IMG/VR virus record: IMGVR_UViG_3300028802_000001
Coordinates: 833-64,832 of that record
From: a virus
Lineage: Duplodnaviria; Caudoviricetes
DNA length: 64,000 nt
Reading direction: 5' to 3' (one strand)
The translations under genes were made by a program, and so were the position numbers. This document shows, piece after piece, positions 38,929 through 47,528 of this stretch. The notes under the pieces are model-generated. The model was not told the DNA's origin and made no database searches. It saw nothing but the letters and a program-made list of their open reading frames with translations. Numbering within the stretch: the first letter of the stretch is position 1; every line of letters begins with the position of its first letter.

Positions 38929-39389
38929 CCAAGGCTTTGACTTCCACCAACGGCAAGGCTGACCCTGTTTTCCCCGCGCGCAATCTTCCTCCCGCCCCGC
39001 CGCTGGAATTACACCCGAAGGCGCAACAAGCCGCAGCGGCGTGGAGCGATATGTGCGGTGCTATCGAGCGGCAGGAAGCGGAGATTGGCCAACTGCGGGC
39101 CGACCTCGCCGTCGAGCGCCGGCACGTTGCTGACTTGCAACGGATGCTTGACGCAAAGATTGCCGACTGCGGTCGTTATCAGCGTTATGCCATCGAGATT
39201 CGCACGGACCTCAAGCACATCGTCCAGATGGCCGAGGCCCTCAAGGCGGCTACGCTCCAGACGGATTCGAGCGCCTTGGAATTTTCACTGGAAGAGCGAC
39301 CGACCGAGGGTCGCCTCGACGCGGTTGCCGCGGTCGAGAAGGCAATTGCAGGCGTGGCGGAAGACCGTACTACGAACGGGGAGGGATAA
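38925..39389 (+). CDS. Coiled-coil hypothetical protein
   Basis: ATGA coupling. Confidence 0.5.
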   Translation: MTKALTSTNGKADPVFPARNLPPAPPLELHPKAQQAAAAWSDMCGAIERQEAEIGQLRADLAVERRHVADLQRMLDAKIADCGRYQRYAIEIRTDLKHIVQMAEALKAATLQTDSSALEFSLEERPTEGRLDAVAAVEKAIAGVAEDRTTNGEG

Positions 39390-39541
39390 TGCGGCGATAC
39401 TTTTACGGCTGGCGCTGTTGGCTCCGCGGCTACCATGTCCATGGGGGCATGGCCAAGTTTCGGTGGGACTGTTCCGGTACCTGCGACGATTGCGGTATTG
39501 TCGGCACGGGAATTTTTGACGCAGACGGCGAATAGGCGGGA

Positions 39542-39796
39542 GTGACGAGGATGGAAATCTGTGCCGACTGCGGCAAAAAAATCGGGATGCTTGAGCCGTC
39601 CTATTATCGCAAGGGTGATGACGATATTGGGAGAGCCTATCACGCAGCATGTGGAGATCCATACGGACTCAAAGCAAAAGATGCCGAGATCGAACTGCTC
39701 CGCGCCGAGATCGAACAACTCAAGCGCCGCCCCTCCGCCAGCGACATAGACCCGACCGCTGGTGCCGATCCTCATTGGAATTGGGGCCGTCAGTGA
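39542..39796 (+). CDS. Hypothetical protein
   Basis: C..C...YH..C; coiled coil. Confidence 0.45.
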   Translation: MTRMEICADCGKKIGMLEPSYYRKGDDDIGRAYHAACGDPYGLKAKDAEIELLRAEIEQLKRRPSASDIDPTAGADPHWNWGRQ

Positions 39797-39809
39797 AAGG
39801 CAACGATAA

Positions 39810-40175
39810 ATGAGCCTGCAATCGGACCCATCCTTCCCCCCTCGCCGCCGTCATATGGCCAATCGGCGGCCAGCAGTTACGTTTCAGGTGGAGCATCGAA
39901 CCCATAGTGGATCGGAATTTCCGTACCACGTTACAGTCGGTCTTTACCGCGATCAATCCATTGATATTGGTGAGATTTTCATTAATACTGCGGGAAAGGC
40001 CGGGAGCGACATCGACACGATGGTTAGTGATGCCGCAGTTGCCGTATCCCTTGCATTACAGTACGGTTGTCCCATCGAGGTTTTGAGGTCGGCCATGAAA
40101 CGCAACCCAGACGGAAGTCCCGCTGGCCTCATGAGCCACGCCCTGGACGAGGCAGCAAAGGTAGTAGGACGATGA
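39810..40175 (+). CDS. Stand-alone TSCPD/NrdJb-like ribonucleotide reductase domain
   Basis: GEIFIN..K.GS......DAAV.VSLALQYGCP.E.L. Confidence 0.75.
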   Translation: MSLQSDPSFPPRRRHMANRRPAVTFQVEHRTHSGSEFPYHVTVGLYRDQSIDIGEIFINTAGKAGSDIDTMVSDAAVAVSLALQYGCPIEVLRSAMKRNPDGSPAGLMSHALDEAAKVVGR

Positions 40176-40442
40176 CCCAACAATCGGCCACAAATGCCCA
40201 AGGGTAAGAAAATCACGGTTGAGGGCACCAAGCCAGCCCCCAATATGGAAAACGCGCCAGTGGGCCTGCCAATGGTTCCATTCGATCCTCCCCTGACCAC
40301 AGACAGACCATTCGGACTGCCCATCTCGCAATAGCGCACTTAAATGTCAAAACTCACTCAAATTTAACAACTATATTTCAGAAAACACAGTCGCTACCTA
40401 TCATATTGGTCAGGCTGTCGATTGGCTATATATTTCAATGCT

Positions 40443-41099
40443 ATGGATAATACTGAAACTGGAAAACCGGAAAATCCCGAGATGCCACGCGGTGGTTCCA
40501 AGAAAGGCGAGCACCGCGGCGAGATCAAACGCGAGGCTAAAAGCTTGGGTGTTCCAGCGGGACTCCCGAAGCGCAAGCGGGGCAAGCGTGGCAATCCAAT
40601 AGGCCGTGTTCATGGCTCGATGAACCGGACGACGCAGAAGCGATTAAGGTTGATTTCCAAAGAGTTAGGCATGGCCGAGTTGAGCGGTATGATGCCGAAG
40701 GACATGCTGCTGGCCGTTAGCCGGATATTCTTCAAGATGGCGATGGATGATCAGAAGGCTATGGTGTCTGCATCTGAGCCGAAACCAGTGGACAATCAAC
40801 AGGTTCTAACGCCTAAAGAGGAAAACCCGGACGGGCGTGACGAGCTTGAATTGGTAGGCGCGTTCGAGCGTCACCTCGTCCTGGCGGCGGATACTGCCTA
40901 CAAGGCAGCGGCGTTCTACCATCCTCGGCTGGAAGCCATTGCAGTTGCTGGCAATTCTGATCAATCACCAGGGGATGTGTTGCGTGGATTGCTGGCTGAG
41001 ATCGACGGTGATTCCCGTAAGGAACGCGAGCAAATCAAGCAGATCGAGCATGAGCCCACGCCTGAGGCCGTTGCGCTGAAGGACGTGATGGAGGGTTGA
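40443..41099 (+). CDS. Terminase small subunit-like protein
   Basis: GR..GS.NRTT N-terminal motif, MPKD.LL, A..AA.FYHPRL. Confidence 0.6.
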   Translation: MDNTETGKPENPEMPRGGSKKGEHRGEIKREAKSLGVPAGLPKRKRGKRGNPIGRVHGSMNRTTQKRLRLISKELGMAELSGMMPKDMLLAVSRIFFKMAMDDQKAMVSASEPKPVDNQQVLTPKEENPDGRDELELVGAFERHLVLAADTAYKAAAFYHPRLEAIAVAGNSDQSPGDVLRGLLAEIDGDSRKEREQIKQIEHEPTPEAVALKDVMEG

Positions 41100-41130
41100 T
41101 AATCGTTTCAAAATTGCCCATAATGGTTTC

Positions 41131-41457
41131 ATGGACGCCCCCAAATGCAAGATATGCAACGAGCGACACTATGGCCTCTGCCCCGGTTCTAAGCGTCCAC
41201 GCCCAACAGCGGTGGAGGCGATGGCCTCTCGCGTTACTCCCATTAAGAATCCCCGTGCTGATGCAAAGCCGGTCTCGGCTGGATACGAGGACGGTCGAAC
41301 AGTCGGTTTGATTCCGGCGACGGGGGCCAAGCCTAAGCGTGGTCGGCCCCGCATTGGCGAGCCCCCACGATCCAGACCCTGGGAGGCCCTAGGGATGTCT
41401 CGGTCCACTTGGTGGCGTCGGCAACGGGAGAAGAAAAACGGCGTCCCCCCAAAATAA
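41131..41457 (+). CDS. Small DNA-binding protein (CxxC..H, KRGRP, PW..LGMSR.TW.RR)
   Basis: Motifs seen directly. Confidence 0.55.
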   Translation: MDAPKCKICNERHYGLCPGSKRPRPTAVEAMASRVTPIKNPRADAKPVSAGYEDGRTVGLIPATGAKPKRGRPRIGEPPRSRPWEALGMSRSTWWRRQREKKNGVPPK

Positions 41458-41458
41458 T

Positions 41459-41501
41459 TGTGCCACCCCCTATTGACCTCCGTGCCAAATCGTGCCAATA
41501 T
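41459..41501 (+). promoter_or_regulatory. Sigma70-like promoter with three GTGCCA direct repeats
   Basis: TTGACC (41473)-17-CAATAT; CGTGCCAA at 41481 and 41491, TGTGCCA at 41459. Confidence 0.6.
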
Positions 41502-41526
41502 GCGTCATCAGCAACGGGAGACGGAC

Positions 41527-41724
41527 ATGACCTACTGCATCGTGACTGGAATTGAGTTCGCTTCCACCCGTGAGATGGAAGAGGCTTATGGCATCGATAG
41601 CCCGGAGATGCTCCGAGCGGAGTCGCAGGCTCAGTACGAAGAGGATTGCATCGCGCAGCAGGACGAGATCGAAGCCTCTGGTCCTAAGTTCCGCGTGGCA
41701 TTTGACGATGAAATCCCTTGGTGA
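41527..41724 (+). CDS. Small acidic protein ending DDEIPW (SSB-tail-like)
   Basis: GGGAG RBS; acidic; C-terminus resembles the SSB DDIPF tail. Confidence 0.55.
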   Translation: MTYCIVTGIEFASTREMEEAYGIDSPEMLRAESQAQYEEDCIAQQDEIEASGPKFRVAFDDEIPW

Positions 41725-41732
41725 AGTCTAGC

Positions 41733-41753
41733 GGGGGCTTAGGCCCCCCTTCT
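41733..41753 (+). terminator. Short GC hairpin, terminator-like
   Basis: GGGGGC-ttag-GCCCCC-TTCTT. Confidence 0.5.
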
Positions 41754-41773
41754 TCCCCACCCAATCAGGAGCA

Positions 41774-41971
41774 ATGCAGATGACGAAGGTTCTGGCAGAA
41801 ATGGCCCGCGAGTGTGACGTGTGGGGCAAGAACGTGACTTGGCGTTGTGAGGCGGGCGATAGCTATATCGGCAATGTTGAAGGGCGAGGCGCTACATACG
41901 AGGCGGCGATTGCCGATGCAAAGCGTCAGTACCCATTCCCGGTGACAATTGAAGTGATTGAAACCCCATGA
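41774..41971 (+). CDS. Hypothetical protein
   Basis: AGGAG RBS. Confidence 0.5.
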   Translation: MQMTKVLAEMARECDVWGKNVTWRCEAGDSYIGNVEGRGATYEAAIADAKRQYPFPVTIEVIETP

Positions 41972-42086
41972 CCCTTCGCGAGGCAGCGCAGCGCGTAATT
42001 GACGCTTGGGACGATGGCGACCTTGCGGAAGCGGTCAACGATTTGCGCGAGGCTTTGAAAGAAGCCCAATCCGTCGAGGAGGCATC

Positions 42087-42338
42087 ATGAAGGCCGGTCG
42101 CCCCCTCGACAGCCAGAAGCACACGACCCTGACCGCGACCAAGCCGTGGGTTGCTGAAGGCATGTCGCGTAGAACTTGGTACCGCCGCCGCGCGGATGGG
42201 GCCGTCGTCCCCACCAAGCCCAAGCGCGGCCGTCCCCTTGCTCGCGACCGTGACAAGACACTCGTCGCCACGAAGCCGTGGGCCAAGCTCGGGATGAGCG
42301 AGTCCACATGGCGACGGCGGCAGGAGAAGCGGCCATGA
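42087..42338 (+). CDS. Protein with two GRP...TL.ATKPW...GMS..TW.RR repeats (DNA-binding)
   Basis: Internal duplication; GGAGG RBS. Confidence 0.6.
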   Translation: MKAGRPLDSQKHTTLTATKPWVAEGMSRRTWYRRRADGAVVPTKPKRGRPLARDRDKTLVATKPWAKLGMSESTWRRRQEKRP

Positions 42339-42514
42339 CCATCATCGATATGCTTGAGCGCGACCGCGCTCGTTATGAGGACAAGTGTCTCGCTGACACG
42401 CTATTGCTTTCTATCTGCCGGACTGAAACCGATCCAGACAAACTATTCGAGGCCGTCAAAATATGGCGGCGGGCCAGAGCAGACTTTGAACGAACGGAGA
42501 AAAGCGATGATTGA
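42335..42514 (+). CDS. Hypothetical protein
   Basis: ATGA coupling. Confidence 0.4.
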   Translation: MTIIDMLERDRARYEDKCLADTLLLSICRTETDPDKLFEAVKIWRRARADFERTEKSDD

Positions 42515-42698
42515 TGGTACAATCCGCTCCCACCGCGGTCGCATTGTGGTGGACTACTCGACGCCGCCCGTGATCGAGTACATTGACGAGCAACCATTGC
42601 CGCTTCGGTGGCAACTGTTCGCCGCCGCCATGGCCTGCTCTTGCACTGCGGCAATCGGTTTCATCTGGGCATACCTGATATTCGGGGTGTTGCAATGA
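42507..42698 (+). CDS. Small membrane protein
   Basis: C-terminal TM. Confidence 0.4.
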   Translation: MIDGTIRSHRGRIVVDYSTPPVIEYIDEQPLPLRWQLFAAAMACSCTAAIGFIWAYLIFGVLQ

Positions 42699-43327
42699 TG
42701 CGCTACGTGCTCACGGCGGCCGTCCTGTTACTGCCGCTCCCGGCCAGCGCCAATGCAATCACCTACACGGCCTCTGGGGTGATCGCGGCGTGGCCCGGAA
42801 CTGCGATTAGCGGTGAGACGTGGGGAATTGATGGGGGCGGCTACTTTGGATCAGCCGGCGCAAGCCTCGTTGGCGCTCCGTATGCGGTAACGTGGACGGC
42901 GACCGATTGCGAATGCATTGGCGCAGCAAATTATGCGCCACTGGCGTCTAGTTACCCCAAACCCAACCCCATCGTAGACGTGACGCTGACCATTAACGGG
43001 TTCACCTACGATTTTGGTGGCAACGGTTGGTATGGCGCATTCTATTTCAACGACCAAGCAACTGGCTATTTCGACGGTGGCAGCTTCATCGAAACGAGCG
43101 TGGGTGTTGCTCCGACGCCCGGTATCCAGGGATCTTTCCAGATCATCAATAACCGCTCGTCCACGCTGCAATTCACCAGCGGCATGTTCCAGGAAGCGCC
43201 GGTCGTGGTGAACAGGCTTGCGAGCGTTTCAGTTCCTGGTCCGGTCGCTGGCTCGGGTCTGCCCGGCTTGCTCATGGCATGCGCTGGCCTTCTCGGCTGG
43301 CGATGCAGAGCCAATAGGAGGCTATGA
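42695..43327 (+). CDS. Secreted protein with PEP-CTERM/VPLPA-CTERM-like sorting signal
   Basis: Signal peptide ...LPASANA|IT; C-terminal VPGPVAGSGLPGL-hydrophobic-WRCR..RR. Confidence 0.8.
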   Translation: MMRYVLTAAVLLLPLPASANAITYTASGVIAAWPGTAISGETWGIDGGGYFGSAGASLVGAPYAVTWTATDCECIGAANYAPLASSYPKPNPIVDVTLTINGFTYDFGGNGWYGAFYFNDQATGYFDGGSFIETSVGVAPTPGIQGSFQIINNRSSTLQFTSGMFQEAPVVVNRLASVSVPGPVAGSGLPGLLMACAGLLGWRCRANRRL

Positions 43328-43506
43328 TGCTAATCAGGCGCATTGGGTGGCGCTGGTATCTGTTCCTGCGCAACAGCGTATGGTGCATTGGGCGTGATGG
43401 AATATCCAAGCCCAATTGGCAGTGGACGCCGGGGGAAGTGGAGCGGATGAAAGAGTACAAGAAAGATAAGCCACCCATCACATACAATCGCATTGAGAAG
43501 GGCTGA
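43324..43506 (+). CDS. Hypothetical protein
   Basis: GGAGG RBS. Confidence 0.4.
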   Translation: MMLIRRIGWRWYLFLRNSVWCIGRDGISKPNWQWTPGEVERMKEYKKDKPPITYNRIEKG

Positions 43507-43508
43507 TC

Positions 43509-43736
43509 ATGGGCTACGTTCTCGCTGACAAGGGCAAGACCATCGTCCGCAAGGGCGGGGCAGACGGGCAATCGGATGACGACTTGCTCCTGCTGGAGAT
43601 TGTCAAGCGAGCGCCTGCGCTCTCCAAGGAAGACTTACAATCGTGCTTCGTGGCGATCCGCATGGAGTATGGGACTGACGCGCTGGACGCGATTCGATCC
43701 AATCACATTCATTTTGAGGAGCGGAAGCCGCAATGA
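43509..43736 (+). CDS. Hypothetical protein
   Basis: Operon context. Confidence 0.45.
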   Translation: MGYVLADKGKTIVRKGGADGQSDDDLLLLEIVKRAPALSKEDLQSCFVAIRMEYGTDALDAIRSNHIHFEERKPQ

Positions 43737-44272
43737 GCAACTCCTATGATGGACTAATGGACGCTGCGATTAAGACTGCCTCGTTGGATGACTTGAAGGC
43801 CGCTGCCGCGCTCATGGATGAGATGAAATTGAAGGCGATTAAGATTGCGATATTTCTTGGCTCTAATGGAATTGGTGATGCTCACTTGGATTATGATCCT
43901 CTTCCCGAGAAATCTGATCTAGAAATTGATGGGGATGATGCGATTCTTCATTGGTTCTCTGAGGACTATGGCCCTTTCAGCCAGCGTTTCCCGGCAACAT
44001 TGCTGTTGGGAAACGTCAATGGCGAAGGATTAAATGCTGCTATTTTCGCGTTCGCTGATCAAGAGATCAAGAGGATTGAACTCAAAAAGAAGGACGACAG
44101 AGAACTTGCCGCGATGCTGGAGGAGGAAGGCCGCAGGAACTTCATGGCAGCGATGCCAGAGCTTGTGAAGGATCTGATGGAGCAACAAAAGTCCTTGCAG
44201 GGGAAATTTGATGCCAACCAGGACCAGATCGTTGAGTTGCTTAAGCAGTTGACTGAGGGCAATCATGGCTGA
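43733..44272 (+). CDS. Acidic hypothetical protein
   Basis: ATGA coupling, RBS. Confidence 0.5.
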   Translation: MSNSYDGLMDAAIKTASLDDLKAAAALMDEMKLKAIKIAIFLGSNGIGDAHLDYDPLPEKSDLEIDGDDAILHWFSEDYGPFSQRFPATLLLGNVNGEGLNAAIFAFADQEIKRIELKKKDDRELAAMLEEEGRRNFMAAMPELVKDLMEQQKSLQGKFDANQDQIVELLKQLTEGNHG

Positions 44273-44480
44273 GAAGGCGAGCAAGGCGCTGGTGAATTAC
44301 CGGCTCGGCACCGTGTCCCGGAGGTGCGAGCTATGCACGATGTTCCGGCCACCCTCGTCCTGCACTGCGGTGGAGGGGCGGATATCCCCGATAGACTTGT
44401 GCGATTATTTCAAACGCCAGCCCTCAAATGTGGTAGCGTTCGGCAGTCTTGGTGGTTCGCGCTATCCTAAGGCATCGTGA
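44265..44480 (+). CDS. HiPIP-like 4Fe-4S protein without export signal, with FGSLG tail
   Basis: Y-x8-C-x2-C-x2-F-x5-C-x2-V-x-G-x-I-x-P-x3-C-x2-F. Confidence 0.7.
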   Translation: MAEKASKALVNYRLGTVSRRCELCTMFRPPSSCTAVEGRISPIDLCDYFKRQPSNVVAFGSLGGSRYPKAS

Positions 44481-44492
44481 TGGAGATCCCAA

Positions 44493-44771
44493 ATGCCGCC
44501 TGTCAGCGAAAAGCAACGCGCCGCCATGTACGCAGCGGCATCAGGCCATTCGACCATCGGCATCCCGCAAAGTGTGGGTAAGGAGTTCGTCGGGGCCGAC
44601 CCTGGAGGAAAACTCCCAAAGCGAGTCAAATCACCAGTTTCCAAGCCCCACAAGACCCCAATGACGAAGGGCACTGGCTCCTCGATGCCCAAGCACCCGA
44701 AATACGGTGCCGGCCACTACATGAGCACGCCAGCCCCATTTGGATCGCTCGGTTCCTCAGAGGAGGAATGA
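44493..44771 (+). CDS. Small basic phage protein (S.KQ..AM.AAA...GIP..VGKEF..AD) with FGSLG tail
   Basis: Recurrent phage family motif; GGAG RBS. Confidence 0.65.
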   Translation: MPPVSEKQRAAMYAAASGHSTIGIPQSVGKEFVGADPGGKLPKRVKSPVSKPHKTPMTKGTGSSMPKHPKYGAGHYMSTPAPFGSLGSSEEE

Positions 44772-44772
44772 C

Positions 44773-44976
44773 ATGCCAATCCTCAATCCACTAGACGAAT
44801 GCATCAGAATCGGAATGCACGTCAGATCAATCCACGGTCACGGCACCGGCGTTGTCGTAGACATTGCGGAGGACGACTACTGCGACATCCTCACCGTGGA
44901 GATGGATATTCCCCATAAGAACGGGAAATACGCGCTCGTCCATGCTGACGAGGTAGTTCCTGTGAGGTTGCATTGA
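44773..44976 (+). CDS. Small SH3/KOW-like hypothetical protein
   Basis: IG.HV....HG.G.VV. Confidence 0.45.
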   Translation: MPILNPLDECIRIGMHVRSIHGHGTGVVVDIAEDDYCDILTVEMDIPHKNGKYALVHADEVVPVRLH

Positions 44977-44977
44977 C

Positions 44978-45220
44978 ATGGCAGTCCTGACCGCAAAGAC
45001 GCGCAAGGCTATCCCGACCAGCCAGTTTGCTGGCCCGGACAGGAGCTACCCGGTTCCTGATCGGGCTCACGCCGCCAATGCCAAAAGTAGGGCCACGCAG
45101 GCAGTCAGGGCCGGCCGGATGTCTTCCTCGACCGCCGCCAAGATCAAGGCGAAGGCGAACAAGGTGCTCGGCCACAAGCGCACGTTTGGCTCGCTGGCAC
45201 CGGGGGACGACGATGAGTGA
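44978..45220 (+). CDS. DUF6582-like basic protein with FGSLAP tail
   Basis: R..IP.SQFA....YPVPDRAHA.NA.SR. Confidence 0.65.
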   Translation: MAVLTAKTRKAIPTSQFAGPDRSYPVPDRAHAANAKSRATQAVRAGRMSSSTAAKIKAKANKVLGHKRTFGSLAPGDDDE

Positions 45221-46541
45221 TCCGTACGCCTTCGGGTCGCTCGCCCCTGCGGACATGCCATCTCAGCAGCCTGCGCTCCAAGACGCCAACGTCATTGCGC
45301 TCCTGCGGCAGGCCATGGCCCGGAATCCGGCGATGGGGGCCTCGCAGGCGTTCATGGGCGCCGTGGCTCCGCATCTGGCCGACCCGGCCACGTATGGCCC
45401 GCGGCCGGCACCGACAATGGAGCCCAATGAGGCTGGCAAGGTGCCTACGGCCGATCCGCGCATGCTCGGGGGTGCCGCTGACGTAGGGAGCCTGCTGGGC
45501 CTTGGCATTGGTGGTCCTGGCGCTACCGGGGCGAAGATTGGCGCAGTGGCCGTGGGTCGGGCTATGCGCGATCCTGCCCTGTGGCATGGCTTGTCGATGG
45601 TCAAACTGCCGCGCCCGATCAGCGAGATGTCGAGCGGTCGGTTGGTACAGCAAGCGCCCACCGCGGAACGGTTGATTTCGCCAGAGGCGCTAGAGGGTGG
45701 TATTTTGCTCCCCGGCCTAGGTGATAGGTCTGCCGTTGGAGGCTCTCTCACGCACGTTGGGGAGACACCGCTACAAACGCCGGTCCCGTTGCAGGGTGGT
45801 CATGGCTACATGGCCGAGAACTCGCCCACAGGACAGGTATGGGCCTCGGCCAAGCAGGTCATCAGCACCATGGCAAATCGTGCAAAGATGCTTTCAGAAC
45901 GTGAAGGGGCCCCCGTCTATCTGCCCTACACGGCGATGGGCGAGCGGGCCGTTGATTTCTCTCACCATATGTCGGACACGCTTGCCGATATGGTTGGAAG
46001 CGCAGGCGTCTCACGGGCGCAGGCCAAGGCGTTTAACGAGAAGATGCTGGCACCCTCGACGGACTTCAAAGCAGACCCAAATTTCCCCGGTGTGATGTCG
46101 AAGAATCTCCGAGAATATCTGGCGAGTTCTCCGGGTGCCATCCGTAACAAGTTTGCCAAGCTGATGGACACGCGGGAGATGCAACAGGCTGGGTTTCCGA
46201 GCGTGGCTGAAGCTCGGTTTGCCGTCACTGACCCACGGCTTTTACATGAGCCGACCGGCGCTGCGGGGATGTCGATTTCACGGCTCGATCCGAATGTTGT
46301 AGGGCCTTCGGCTCACCGGACCTATAATACCGGGATTGGTGGCGAATATCTCGGCGGCTTTGGGCAGTCCGTGCCGAAGGAAGTCATGTACCCCAATATC
46401 ATCGACGCCTATCGCAAGCAGGGCTATCGGCCGGATCAATATGACTACCTAATGGGACGAGGCGCTGCGCCTGTCTTTCAAAAAGCCGATCCGCAGTGGC
46501 TAGAAGGCATCATGAAATACTTACGGGGACAAGGTCGATGA
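45213..46541 (+). CDS. Putative virion-delivered effector with N-terminal FGSLAP tag
   Basis: Flexible Ala/Gly N-terminus resembling the 5850 protein, then a globular domain (GDRS, QGG..Y, WAS, H.TY). Confidence 0.6.
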   Translation: MSDPYAFGSLAPADMPSQQPALQDANVIALLRQAMARNPAMGASQAFMGAVAPHLADPATYGPRPAPTMEPNEAGKVPTADPRMLGGAADVGSLLGLGIGGPGATGAKIGAVAVGRAMRDPALWHGLSMVKLPRPISEMSSGRLVQQAPTAERLISPEALEGGILLPGLGDRSAVGGSLTHVGETPLQTPVPLQGGHGYMAENSPTGQVWASAKQVISTMANRAKMLSEREGAPVYLPYTAMGERAVDFSHHMSDTLADMVGSAGVSRAQAKAFNEKMLAPSTDFKADPNFPGVMSKNLREYLASSPGAIRNKFAKLMDTREMQQAGFPSVAEARFAVTDPRLLHEPTGAAGMSISRLDPNVVGPSAHRTYNTGIGGEYLGGFGQSVPKEVMYPNIIDAYRKQGYRPDQYDYLMGRGAAPVFQKADPQWLEGIMKYLRGQGR

Positions 46542-46753
46542 GAAACGCAGTGAGTCCAGGGGCCAAGGCCGTCCAGTTTGATACCACTGAGGCACCCGAT
46601 GTCTATCGGGTTTGCACCGTCGATGCTGATGGGGGCATCGTTGACCTGTTCGATGACCTTCACGACAGCCAGAAGGCTGCGGCTCTTGCCGTTAAGTTGG
46701 CGCAAGATCACGGTCTTCCGGTGTCCCGCCGCGCCGATCACGATGGGGAATAG
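46538..46753 (+). CDS. Small acidic protein coupled to the effector gene
   Basis: ATGA overlap. Confidence 0.45.
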   Translation: MRNAVSPGAKAVQFDTTEAPDVYRVCTVDADGGIVDLFDDLHDSQKAAALAVKLAQDHGLPVSRRADHDGE

Positions 46754-46756
46754 CGA

Positions 46757-47155
46757 ATGGCCTTCAACGTCAGAATCTTCGCGCACGAGGGCTTGGCCCA
46801 ACAGCGCCTAATTCTGCCGTTTCAGCATACGGAGAGGTCGGTATTTCAACTCACGCAGCCCTACCTCTGGAGCCAAGTGATCTCTACGAGTGGAGTGGTT
46901 GTCTCAAGCTCCCCAGACAACACGCCGCGCGTTAGCGTTTTGCGCATTGAGGTGCCAGATAGGGAGCGGATCTTCTATGAAATCAACCCTCCGTCGCGTA
47001 CTGTGATAGCGAGCGTGACATCGCCGCTCATGAGTGGCTGCAACAACTTTCCCTTTGCGCCGGGGTGGACGATCAGCATGGGTGACGCCTCGACGGCTGG
47101 AATCGGGTATTTCATAATCGGGGTCAGCGGCATCGGCATCGGTGCAATCGGTTGA
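46757..47155 (+). CDS. Beta protein, tandem paralogue 1 (MAFN.RIFAHEGLAQ)
   Basis: Clear similarity to the next gene; extra GIG-repeat tail. Confidence 0.6.
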   Translation: MAFNVRIFAHEGLAQQRLILPFQHTERSVFQLTQPYLWSQVISTSGVVVSSSPDNTPRVSVLRIEVPDRERIFYEINPPSRTVIASVTSPLMSGCNNFPFAPGWTISMGDASTAGIGYFIIGVSGIGIGAIG

Positions 47156-47170
47156 GCGAGGTGATGTGAT

Positions 47171-47518
47171 ATGGCCTTCAATTGCAGGATTTTTGCCCAT
47201 GAGGGACTCGCGCAGATGCGATTGATTTTGCCAGTGCAGCACACTGAGGACACTGTCTATCAACTCACGCAGCCTTATGTGTTTTCGCAGATATTGACGG
47301 TGACCTCCACGCCGGTTTCGAGCGATGCCGACAGCACGCCGCGTGTTACGATCCTTCGGATCGAAGTTCCGGATGGGGCGAGCATCCGTTACGAGATCAA
47401 CCCAACGGGGCGCAACATACAGGCTGGCAATGAATCACCGATCTTGAGCGGGATGAACAATTTCCAATGGGCGCCGGAATGGCGTCTATCGGTGGTTGAT
47501 GCGGCGGCGTTTCCATAG
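47171..47518 (+). CDS. Beta protein, tandem paralogue 2
   Basis: Shared QLTQPY, TPRV..LRIEVPD, YEINP, SP..SG.NNF. Confidence 0.6.
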   Translation: MAFNCRIFAHEGLAQMRLILPVQHTEDTVYQLTQPYVFSQILTVTSTPVSSDADSTPRVTILRIEVPDGASIRYEINPTGRNIQAGNESPILSGMNNFQWAPEWRLSVVDAAAFP

Positions 47519-47528
47519 AGGTATTGAC

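Noticed and set aside
40340-40440. AT-rich stretch before TerS as origin or pac site
   Set aside because: No iterons or clear motif; could simply be a late promoter region.
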